The notes below the pieces were generated by a model, which saw only the letters and a program-made list of their open reading frames with translations, was not told where the DNA came from and searched no databases. The translations under genes were made by a program, and so were the position numbers. DNA of 61,674 nucleotides from Octopus bimaculoides (lineage: Eukaryota): positions 66,519,059 to 66,580,732 of the forward strand of contig NC_068981.1 in assembly GCF_001194135.2 (NCBI RefSeq), written 5' to 3'. Shown here piece by piece: positions 25,205-36,280 of the stretch. The first letter of the stretch is position 1; each line of letters starts with the position of its first letter.

Positions 25205-25520
25205 CGCAGGTGTGGCTATGTGGTGGTAAGTTTGCTTTCCAACCACATAGTTTCTGGTCCAATCTCACTGTGTGGCACTTTGGGTAAGTATCGCCTACTA
25301 AAGTCGCAGGCCGATCAAAGCCTTGTGAGTTAATCTGGTAGATAGAAACTGAAAGAAGCTCATTGAATATATATGTGTGTGTGCGTGTGTATGCACGCGC
25401 TTATTCTCCACCATCACTTGACAACCGGTGTTGGTTTGTTTATATTCCCGAAACATAGCAGTTTGGCAAAAGAAACAGAATAACTACTAGGTTTAAAAGA
25501 AAGTACAGGGGTCATTTGGA
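25205..25520 (+). mobile_element. SINE family B
   Basis: Head gcaggtgtggctatgtggtggtaag; body gaaactgaaagaagc. Confidence 0.7.
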
Positions 25521-25560
25521 AAGACTTCCTTTTGTACCAACCCACAAAATTTTTAAAACA

Positions 25561-25941
25561 AATATTAGACATGGTGGTAAAATGATTTCCTACCATGTCT
25601 TAAAATAATAATGAGGAAGTCATAAAGATTGAGAATTTCTATTAAAAAGATTTGATTTCTATATCATGTTTATTCATGTCCCAATTTGCCTGCTACAGCC
25701 AAAATTTCCTAACTCTATGAAATTTGTCTAACCTTGGGACATGAATATACATTATACAGAAATAAGTCAAAACTATTGAAAAGGTTGCAAGATGCAACGA
25801 AAATTTATGAAAAATAAAAAAGAAATGTGGAAATGTTACCAGTGACTGTGTTAAATTATAAGTCACTAAAAGAGAATGACTCCCCCCAGACACAACAGAA
25901 ATGAAGTTGTTTTGATAGAAATTCTTAATTTTTATGACTTT

Positions 25942-25995
<54 letters not shown>

Positions 25996-26035
25996 AGACA
26001 TGGTAGGAAATCAGTTTTCCACCATGTCTCATATT
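25561..26035. mobile_element. Fold-back element with ~100-bp inverted arms, each starting with a hairpin
   Basis: aatattagacatggtggtaaaatgatttcctaccatgtctta(aaat)..gtcataaagattgagaatttctatt on the left; a reverse-complement equivalent on the right with expanded (TAA)n. Confidence 0.75.
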
Positions 26036-26484
26036 AAAAAAAAAAAAAAAAAATGATAGTGGACTACAAAAGGAAATCTTTCCGGTCAATTCGTTTCACT
26101 ACCACCTTTCAAGGCAGTGCTCCAGTATGGACACAGTCCAATGACTGAAACATGTAAAAGTTAAGGTAATTCCATGAGTGTTAGTCGATCATTGTTGAAC
26201 ACGTTATTTTCAGTTTACTATCTAAATTCACTCTTTCACTTTCTCGATAGTTAAAACGAAAGGTTATCTTCTTTTTAGTATTTTATTCAGTCCGAGTTTT
26301 GACTTAACGTTAAAGTATTTACTAATTTCAGAACGACTGAATATTAAAGAAAAATATAGCTGCTATCAATAAGAGAAATGATACACAAAATGAAAAAAAA
26401 TCCAAAACAAGATAAGAAACTGGATTTTTGTCAGGATCAAATAAAGCATGTAGGTGCATCCATATAAATCAATAAGCAGCTGTC

Positions 26485-26596
26485 TGACTCACAGGAAGTG
26501 GTCTCCTTTTCTAATTTTTAGTTTAGAAAACCGGCATGCGTTGTTGTGATACCGGAAACGGATGTTTTTTGCAATTAGTCCCACACGTGGGTGAGA
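26485..26596 (+). promoter_or_regulatory. Putative promoter / non-coding first exon of the PCC1/LAGE3 gene
   Basis: Locally CpG-rich; TGACTCA, AGGAAGTG, CCGGAA, GCATGCG and CACGTG clustered; donor-like TGG|GTGAGA at 26590/26591. No transcript evidence. Confidence 0.35.
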
Positions 26597-27344
26597 TCTT
26601 TGTTGTTATCGTTCACTTTTCGTGTTTGGTATTCGAGAAAAGTTATCTAATTCAGTTTTACAGGTTACTTATTCTTAATGTAAGCATTTTTACTGAATTA
26701 GTTCATATATCCTTGATAGTTTTACACTTACAAAATAGTTTATTTGTAACATTGGATATTTGATTAAACACAAGTTTATAAGAATTGCGCGTTACTTGCT
26801 TAGTTAATATGTTTACAGTTGACAATAACATTAATCTGTGTATTTTTGCTTGTTTTAAACCAAATGTTATATAGCTTCAAGGGTTTAAATTACTGCTTTT
26901 TAAGGATTAGGCATTCCACAATCACGTTCTGTACTTTCTATTATTTTAGGTTTAATGTGAAAGAAATTGTATTCGTAGAAACCAGTCAGTCTAATTTCTT
27001 TGGTACACATGTAGTTCTGAAAGTTCATTTCATACGGACAAATGAAAACTATTTTAAATAGGAAAAGCTTTAGAAGAAATTTTACGACTGTTGTGCACAG
27101 CTGAGTGGGTTAGGATATGAATTCCTATTCCGGATGTACTGTATACAAGTTAATTATATATGTGTGTGTTTGTATGCATACACAGAATCGAGGGAGAAAA
27201 GTCCAACAAATCGGAAGTGGGAAAACTAAATAAAATTCACGATGTATAGTCTCAACAACAAATTTTGGTGGTTAATTAACTTAGTTGTCTATACACACCA
27301 ATTCGTCTAAGCTTTTGAAATATTACATTTTAAAATTATTCTTT

Positions 27345-27630
27345 TACTTTTTCCAGTCATTAGACTGTGACAATGCTGGGGCACCACCTTGAATTTCTAG
27401 TAGAATGTATCTTATTTTTTTTAAAGCCTGTTATTTATTCTATCGGTCCGTTTTACCGAACCGCTGGTTTACGTGGAGTAAACACCAGTTGTCAAGCGGT
27501 GGTGGTGACGCACACATACGATGGGCTTCTTTCAGTTTCCGTCTACCAAAAGCTTTGGTCAGCCCGAGGCTATAGTAGAAGACGCCTAAGGTGCCACGGT
27601 GTGGAACTGCACCCAGAACCAAGTGGTTGG
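27345..27630 (-). mobile_element. SINE family B
   Basis: Reverse complement of the body and tail of the 31047 copy. Confidence 0.7.
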
Positions 27631-30614
27631 CTATCGCTAATCATTGCTATTCAACTACATCTCGTAGAGTATCTTAGTGACTACTACTATCAATAGTTGT
27701 AGCATGTCTTCTGTTTTCGTAACCTCATTCCCTCCCTCATCTTGACTATTCTTTATCTCAGAATCAGTTTATTTACATACAGTTACGGACTATTAGCGAG
27801 TTAGGAGAAACGATAAGTTGTATTGGATGCGTTACAGTCTTTAGTTTGTTGTCGGCTTCAAGTTCTAACTCAGGGGTCAACTTTGACTTCGATAACCTAA
27901 TGATATATCGGCATTAGTTATGCCGATATATCTGGGTTCGATGTCTTTAACAAATATCCTTGTGTCTAAGAAATCAATACCCACACAAGGCATTGTGTAT
28001 TGATTATGGCGCGTTAGTTTTGGGCACCAAATGTTCAAAGAACTTTCCCCATCACATTTTCAAACATGCAAATGTACTCAAGCTGATAAACGAGCATCTA
28101 TGCAGGCTTTCAGTTGCTAGAAATAGCAACTAAATCTGCAAATAATATCATCCTTTATAGGAAATTACTCCTTGGAATATGTGATTTTTGTGCACCGTAC
28201 CTAAAACAACAACAAAAAACACCCCCTTCTCCATCCCAGGATTGTCAAAACCTGGCAATCGTTTAATTATAGAGTCTGCTAAATCAGATCTAACTTGGGT
28301 CAAAACAAATGTCTACATAAACCACATATGCACGCATATTTTATTTATATATATCCAAATAAGCACACAATCAAAATCAATAGACAGGTTAAGATATGGG
28401 ATGTTATTTATAAACAGTTCAGAAACGCACATACATACTCAGATATATTTCTGATTATATATATATACATATACACACATGTATACACACACACATTGGA
28501 TATACACATCACAATCATATTTCTCCATTTGTTTTCCTTGTCATGCTTTTGGTAGCTTGATAGGCTCTGACAGAAAGGAGGACCGTGTTATGCTCCATTG
28601 TCTGCTTTGGCATGGTTTCTGCATCCTGATACCCTTCCTTATGCCAACAACTTCTCAAAGAGTACCGGTTACTTTTGCTCGCAGCACCAGCACTAGTGGG
28701 ATCGCATGTAGCTCACACTATACAAGACATTTTTATTTTATTTTATTTTACAAACTCCAAGTGAGAATTATGTAGCGAAACCTAATTTTCTTTAAAGTCA
28801 ACATTGAATGAATACATAATAGATATATATAATCTCAATTGTTGTTTAGTCCTGTGCCATTATTATTTTGGTTTTCATGTTGGGTCTAGAGGAAAGGGCA
28901 GTGCTTATAAGACAGATTTGATGAGATAAATGTTACTAACATTTTGCTTAAGTTGCTTCAAGTTTACATCTACAGGAAAGATATAAGGAGGTTCTAGAGG
29001 GATGACATCCGGGGTGGAAGTACTGGATGGAATGTTTAGTGCAGAGCCTGGGGAGTTGCACACAATATGGTGATAAGAGGATGAGAGACAAGTGACAGGA
29101 GTGCCTGAATGGAGCTGGCACAAGACTGGACAGTAATCAAAGGTGGAACAGCTACAATCATCTCATCTTTTATACAGACACATTGCATCTAGAACCTCAT
29201 TATCCAATATGCCTTTTCCTTTTTTGTTTTATAAAAAATAGTGTAATGAGAGGAAAATTTGATTATCATTCCTAGTAGGCTGACTATTGATGTAGAGGCT
29301 AGCTGGTTAATTGATAAGATGGTGATTTGCATAAGTGTTGTTACAATGATAATTAAACAGTATTCCTTTAATAACATGGGAAGATGTAGTTTGCTCAGGT
29401 CTTAGGGTTGTAGATCTCATTTTGCACGGGTTTATTATCCGTCCAGTATTGTCTTTTAAATATTTTTGTAGTCTAAGATCTCCCTTGTTAGATTTATTTA
29501 AGAAGTTTTCTGCTTATTGATAACACAGTATGCTACTCATTTTCTAAAATTGACAATTTCTTTTGTAAAATGTGTTTAAAATATAAGTATTATACCTGAT
29601 ATAAATATTTTATTTCTAAGAAATAAACACCTGCGCTCCCTTGACATTTACTGTTCCCTTGAAAACTCATAATGCCTCCAAGGAGATGCTACCACCCAGG
29701 TTAAGAACCAGTGTCAACTGATACAGGATTAAGCTGAGCAGTTGTATGACTTACTGCATATCTACCCAATCCATGTGTGCATAGAAAACATGGATGTGAA
29801 AATGATGGTGCTGGTGATAACGTATCAAACTGAATTTACCAAAGCTATTTAATTTTTATTTTTTGAATAAGTTATAGAATTGTAATATATAGCTTCGTCA
29901 CAGGATGGACACTTCTCAACTTTTAGTTAGTTTGACACATCATGATTAAACCCTTTCTATCTTATACCTAACAATGTGCCTCTAAATAATGTATAGATGT
30001 TTCAGTGTCTTGTTCACATCCTATCTTAGAAACACTAAGAGAGTGTGCTATATTCAAGATAGAGTGCTTTCTAAGCGATATAATTTTCTAGTAGTAGCAG
30101 TAGCAGCAATAAATGTTTCCAAGGTCTTTTTAAGCACTAAGCTAGAAGAAATACATTCCCCCTCTGGGAAATATACTTGTCTTGAATCTTCTTTCTAATA
30201 GATATGTAAATTGAGGTACACAGAATTATGTAGCTTGTTTACTGAAACAACAAAATGCAGTGTGTCCTAGTGATTTGGCCATCAATTGTTTCCATTAAAA
30301 TAGAGTCTATAGTTTAGCTATTAGCACCAGAATTAGCCTTTGTAACAAATATCAATTAGCACATGCAATCTAACTTGGATGTGCTAATTGATAGTCTATA
30401 GCTTTTCATTTTTACTATTGTTTTCCTATGCTAACTACTGAAGCATGAGGTCAAAATTGCGTTCTTTTATTTTAAGATTTCTTGAATTGAAGTAAACAAG
30501 ATCTATGATTTTGTAGTCTGAAACCTTATTGGTTATTCCATTCAGTAGTTTAGTGGAGTTCATCTTTCTTCAAACAGTGGTATATGGGAGTATTTGAAAT
30601 CAGCACAGAATCTT

Positions 30615-30895
30615 TTATTTGTTTCAGTCATTAGACTGCGGCCATGCTGGGGCACCACCTTGAAAGATTTTTGATTGAATGAATTGATGCCAGCTACTTA
30701 TTCTCTTGGTCTATTTTGCTAAACCTTTAAGTTATGGTGACATAAACACACCAACACCGGTTGTCAAGCAGTGTGTGTGGTACAAACACAGACACACATG
30801 ATGGGCTTCTTTCAGTTTCCATCTACCAAATCCACTCACAAGGCTTTGGTTGACCCAAGACTATAGTCCCCAAGGTGCCATGCTGTGAAACTGAA
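30615..30895 (-). mobile_element. SINE family B (CpG-eroded)
   Basis: Reverse complement of the family B body and tail. Confidence 0.7.
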
Positions 30896-31046
30896 CCTAC
30901 AACAAAACATTTTCACCTGTACCTAGTATGTTAACTAAGTCTTAGCCATAGGTATAACAGTGTGTACTACTGACTTGACCTTCAACTGTTTTAATTAAAC
31001 TAGAATCAACAGGTTTTTTTGTCATTTTTTTTAAACACTACCCTTT

Positions 31047-31443
31047 GCAAGAGTGGCTGTGTGGTAAGTAGCTTGCTTACCAACTACATGGTTCTGGGTT
31101 CAGTCCCACCGTGTGGCACCTTGGGCAAGTGTCTTCTACTATAGCCTCGGGCCGACCAAAGCCTTGTGAGTGGATTTGGTAGACGGAAACTGAAAGAAGC
31201 CTGTCGTATATATGTATATATATGTATGTGTGTATATGTTTGTGTGTCTGTGTTTGTCCCCCCCAACTTTGCTTGACAACCGATGCTGGTGTGTTTACGT
31301 CCCTGTAACTTAGCGGTTCGGCAAAATAAACTGATAGAATAAGTACTAGGCTTACAAAGAATAAGTCCTGGGGTTGATTTGCTCGACTAAAGACAGTGCT
31401 CTAGCATGGCCGCTTTCAAATGACTGAAACAAGTAAAGGAGTA
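31047..31443 (+). mobile_element. SINE family B, full length
   Basis: gcaagagtggctgtgtggtaagtagcttgc...gggttcagtccc...aaatgactgaaacaagtaaa. Confidence 0.8.
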
Positions 31444-31561
31444 TGCTAATTACTCAAGACTGAAGCAGAAATTATTTACTTTCTTGAATTGAACTATCAG
31501 TAAGACATGCTTTTGTCTAGCAGACACTTAGCAACATCTTTGTTACAAGGTCTTTCTTAAA

Positions 31562-31772
31562 CTGCCCTTGTTTCTGTTTTAAAGTGACTCTATAAAACTC
31601 TTAGGCAAATGATACAACCCTACAACTACAGTACGGTCCTTAGATATATCTGAAGTAATACATTTGTGTCTTGCACCTTGTTTTGATATTAAACTATGGG
31701 CCACAGACCTGCTTGATTGGAACTAAATTGGAGCTACACAATGACAGCGCTAGCAGACTCTCCAATTCTTTT
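31562..31772 (+). repeat. ~210-bp dispersed repeat, second copy at 36361-36585
   Basis: Shared tgactctataa.act.ttaggcaaatgata..agatatatctgaa.taatacatttgtgt.ttgcaccttgttttgatattaa..ctctccaattctttta. Confidence 0.85.
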
Positions 31773-31950
31773 AGTATTTTGTTCATTTGTGGTGTGGAGG
31801 CGCAATGGCCCAGTGGTTAGGTCAGCGGACTTGCGGTCATAGGATCGCGGTTTAGAATGAGGACTAAGTCATACATACCACATCAACTACTTTTACTACT
31901 ATCAATCATATTTAGATGACATGAATGGAATGTGCCACATTTGGCCTTAA

Positions 31951-32171
31951 CCCTTTAGCATTCAGATTACTCTGTCAAATGTAATGCTTATTTATTCACA
32001 TTGTTTAAAAATTAATCAAACATTATCTTATAGCTTAGAAACTTTGATGATGGGGTTGTATATTTTTAGAACGACATTGTAGGGTAGGTGTGAGAGGCCA
32101 GATCTGGATGGTTTGAACATAAAACAGGTTGAATACTTGGGCTGGAAGCAGCCAGTTTAAATGCTAAAGGG
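31951..32171. mobile_element. piggyBac-type MITE (221 bp)
   Basis: TTAA|CCCTTTAGCATT ... AATGCTAAAGGG|TTAA. Confidence 0.85.
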
Positions 32172-32646
32172 TTAAGATACATTACCCTCAAGATACATGT
32201 CCCCTTCTTAGTACAAAGTATTTCCAGGACTGTTTTTTTCTCAAATCTGGGCAATGTTTTGTGCCATTTTTACCATTTGTAATGTTTGATGCTACAAAGT
32301 GAAACATGTAAAATGCAATTCTACCAAAAAATACATCTATTCAAGACCCCTGCCAGCTCCTACTCCTTGTAATGATGATGGTGGTGATTGTGGTAATTTT
32401 ACTTTTAGCCCTTTTGTTACCCCCTTTTCTTTTTATTTCAATTTAGTTTAAGCTGATGTTTGGAACATAATATAACCTAAAATTGCGATAAGAGGTTTTA
32501 AGTATGAACACTTAAACAAAAAGATTTTGTATCAGAACCGGAGAGGGATCAACAATGAAATCCCATCCTCCCCAAACCCAATAAACGGATTCATTCTGGG
32601 TATTTACTTTAAGCCATCTTATTCCTTTTATAATTACAGATTCAAT

Positions 32647-32753
32647 ATGTCTAATGATGCTAAAGATGACAGTTTTGAAGAAATGGATGATGGTGAGGAA
32701 GATGAGGAGGTCACTATTATAAACACACAGTTGCCTAGCAACTGGTTGACAGC
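32647..32753 (+). CDS. LAGE3: PCC1/LAGE3 (KEOPS/EKC subunit), first coding exon (exon begins 32640)
   Basis: Acceptor ttttataattacag at 32639; ATG 32647 gives MSNDAKDDSFEEMDDGEEDEEVTIINTQLPSNWLT + GC, then U12 donor GTATCCTTT at 32754; phase 2 matches the exon at 38790. Confidence 0.72.
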
Positions 32754-32807
32754 GTATCCTTTTTTTTTGCGTTAATACTAGATTAATTTGTATTTATTTC
32801 CTTATTG

Positions 32808-33000
32808 AAGGGGGTGAGTTGGCAGAGTCATTAGCACACTGGATAAAAATGCTTAGCATCATTTAGTCTGTCAACATTGCCTTTCATCTTTTCAGAGTCA
32901 ATAAAATAAGTACCAGTGAAGTACTGGGGTTGATGTAATTCACTAATTTCCTCCCCACAAAATTTCAAGCCTTGTGCTTGTTGCAGAAAAGATTTCTATC
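32808..33000 (+). mobile_element. SINE family A (CpG-eroded)
   Basis: aagggggtgagttggcagagtcattagcacactggat, i.e. the family A head with CpG changed to TpG/CpA. Confidence 0.7.
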
Positions 33001-33013
33001 CTCATTAAATTCT

Positions 33014-33212
33014 TTATTACCTCCGCCTTAGCAAAGGTAGAGGTATTGTTTCCAGTCGCATTTGTTTGTTTGTTTATTTGTCCGTGGACAGGATATCTCA
33101 AGAACCGCTAGATGGATTCAGATGAAACTTTCAGGGATGTTTGGCCTTATAACTGGCACAAATTGATTAGATTTTGGGATTGATCCAGTACTGGACAAGG
33201 ATTCTAGATTAT
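33014..33212 (+). mobile_element. HINE/DINE-1-like non-autonomous element, 5' half
   Basis: ttattacctccgccttagcaaaggtagaggtatt (subTIR plus inverted copy), (TTTG)n, core ggatatctcaagaaccgc..gatgaaactt. Confidence 0.65.
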
Positions 33213-33816
33213 TTGCTTTATTTACTTTACATGATCATAATCTTATGTTAACTTTCAAGTCTTTCTCAATTAGGTCCCTTTAGGCTGTAACTTGAGACTC
33301 ATCCTCTTTCAAACTGCATGGTAGCCTCACTAGTGCTGGTGGCATGAAGCAAACACCTAGTATACACTGTAAAGTGGTTAGCATAAGGAAGAGCATCCAG
33401 CCAAAGCAGACACTGGAACAAGATGCAGTCCTTGGGCCCATCATGTCCAAATCATGCCAGCATGGAACATAGACTGACGTTAAAAGATGATGATGATGGT
33501 GATGATACCACTGGAGAATAACAAACAACAATAAGATTCTCTTATATGGGCATAGAGAGTACACTTAAACAGGTTTCTAGGCTATAAGACAACTAGCTGA
33601 TAAGTCAACAGTTTATGTCCTGCTATTTCAGTTTATTCATTGCTCCACCTTGCACTGTCTCTGCCAAGCTGATTTGTCCTAAATACAATAACTGAAGGCA
33701 AAGTCTTGGTGATATTGTAACAACCCAATAGATTATGTAACTCATTTTATAACCATAAAAACAGATTTTTAGAAAAGGAATGAAGGGAATTTATGATTGT
33801 CTTTTTGTTTTTTCAG

Positions 33817-33885
33817 AAAGACTTTAGAGATATTGGAGATAAATGAGTGAAACTGAGAGTAAAAATCAGGGTGAGAATTCGACCT
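33817..33885 (+). other. Candidate U2-type cassette exon inside the U12 intron (stops in all three frames)
   Basis: Acceptor gtctttttgttttttcag at 33816 and donor CCT|GTAAGA at 33886; 69 nt. Confidence 0.4.
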
Positions 33886-34908
33886 GTAAGACTTTCTTTT
33901 TAGTGGTTGCTACCCTAAAAAATTTGATATGGCAACAGCAGCAGCAGCAGTAGTAGTAGTTGTGGTAACAGTAGCAACATCTGCATTCATTGTGCATTAT
34001 CTTCCTTTACATGTTTGATAAACAAATAGTAGCATCAGTATCTAATAGTATCTCATAAAAATAGCTTTTCTTGTTGTAATTTGTAATTTAGATATAAAAA
34101 TTATAAGTAACGAAGGAAAAAAAAAAAACCAAGCGATAAGTACATAAAAAAGTAGTCTGACTTTTTTGCTTTTACTGATTATCAGAATAATTATCTTTAT
34201 AGATAAGTAGAACCTGAAAGAGATAGTATTGTTTGTACAGTTGCTGATGTAAATAGATTTTATAAACAGATTGTAAATTTGGTAATTCTTCATAGGCTAC
34301 ACGAAGAGAAATTTTTATGCTGTTATTAGTGTTGGACGCATAGCCCATTAAGTAAGGTACATAACTCTACCCGCTTAAGTTATCTAGTCTCCGGTCAGCC
34401 GACATAACTGATTTAAAATGTTCCAACTGTGGCTATCCCGTCTATTTCTCGGGCATTGTGTAACTAGGATTACGTTATCTTATGTTTTTCTTTTATATTA
34501 GAACGGTTGGATATGATTTGAGAGTGGATCTGGTGGCTCCGTTTGATAACAGGTCGATCATTTAGCAGCTTCATTGTTTGATTTAATTTTCGTTGATAGA
34601 TGACACGTAGGTTCAACTTTTATTTCATTGCCTACATAAAGTTAAATTACTGCGAGTATAGTGTTGAATTATTGACTACCCGGTCATTACTTCTACCGTT
34701 GTTGTTATTTAACGTATTGTGGTGTACCAGGAAACAAGGTACATAACTCTGCTAGCTTCAGTGTTTCTAACATGAAACTGTTTCATTTCATTGTTATTAC
34801 ATGATAGAAAGAATTTCCAATTAAAAGAAACAATAATATACGCAAAACAATAAAAGATATCAACAAAAGAATAGCAAAAGATAATTTAGTGTAAGTTGCA
34901 AGAAGCAA

Positions 34909-35105
34909 CAGGTGGTTCTCAACTGGGCTTCATATGACCTTTGGAGCTCCATATAAGAATTAGTTGTTGAAATTTATGAGCAATAAATCGGTTACACTTC
35001 TGCATAACCCTAAGTGTTTTAACAATTAAAAAAAGATACAATTGCTAATATTGTTTAATTATATGAGTATGAGATTTTCTTAAAAAAAATCAAATGGCTC
35101 TGGGG

Positions 35106-35136
<31 letters not shown>

Positions 35137-36280
35137 GTTTAATGTCTGTCTTCCATACTGGCATGGGTGGGATGGTTTGACAAGAGCCAGCCTGGCAGAA
35201 GGCTGCACTAGACTTCCGTAACTGTTTTGGCAGGATTTTTATGGCTGGATGCCCTTCCTAGCACCAACCACTCAACAGAGTGGACTTAGTCCTTTTTATG
35301 TGGCAAAACACTTACATAGTCACCAAGGACTTGCAAGATAAAAAAAACAAAAAAACTCTTTTGTGAGGGGAGGGAACATTGGAGGAGGTGATCTTGTGTT
35401 GGATGACGGAAGGTTATAGTGAAGCAGCGAAACAGAAATAGGTGTCTTGCTGTAGAGGAGGTACAAGGCTACTTGGCCAGAGAGAGAGAGAGAGAGAGAT
35501 CAGGAATGAAGACAGAAACAGGTGTACTGCTGCAAAGGAAATACATGGTTACCCAATCTGAGGGAAGTGCATGAGGTGAAAGAGAGTGGGAGACAGCAGG
35601 ATAGAGATAGTGGCAAAGTGCCGAGCAAATATAATTATGCAGTGAGACAGGGCATGAGTGGAACACACAGGTCGGAAGCTAGAGAGGGGAGAGCAATGAT
35701 ATAGTTGCACAGCCAAGAGGACAGGATTGGGGAGTGGGAGGTAAGCATAGTGAATGAAGTGGAAATGGGAGGAAGAGAAGAGATGCAGTTTGGTTTGTTG
35801 TGGTAGAGTGTGTCAGAAATTTTGTTAAGTGTGGGTGGGACACACAGTGCTTCTAGAACTCAGTTTTGTTGATATGTGCGAGTCTTAAGAACTTCATATT
35901 GCTAGACATCTTGGTCCATTGTCATTTCCTCCGTGAGGTCCAACATCCTGAGATTGGTCCTTACCACTTCATCCCATGTCTTTCTGAGTTTCCCTCTTCT
36001 GCGGGTACCATCTACTTCCAGTGATGGGCACTTCTTTATGCAGCTGTCCTCATTCATATGCATCACATGTCCAAACCAACGTAGTCTTCTCTCTTGCATG
36101 CTACATTTGATTCATCTTATGTCCAACTTTTCTCTCAGTACGTTTGCACTTTGTCGTACATGGACACTGATGTTGCACACCCAACGGAGCATCCAATGGA
36201 GCATACTACCTCCATTTCTCTCGATAGAGTTAAATAGTAATCAAAGGGGTTCACAGGAAAAAAATGGTTGAGAACTACTG
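34909..36280. mobile_element. hAT-like MITE split by a ~1.1-kb minus-strand RTE-derived insertion (~35110-36245)
   Basis: Ends CAGGTGGTTCTCAAC and GTTGAGAACTACTG; GGGGTTCA on both sides of the insertion; ORF 35902-36099 (MQERRLRWFGHV..GKLRKTWDEVV) is the RTE RT C-terminus. Confidence 0.55.

Noticed and set aside
33847-33885. Kinesin-like VKLRVKIRVRIRP
   Set aside because: Preceded by an in-frame TGA within the same exon and no other kinesin exons were found.
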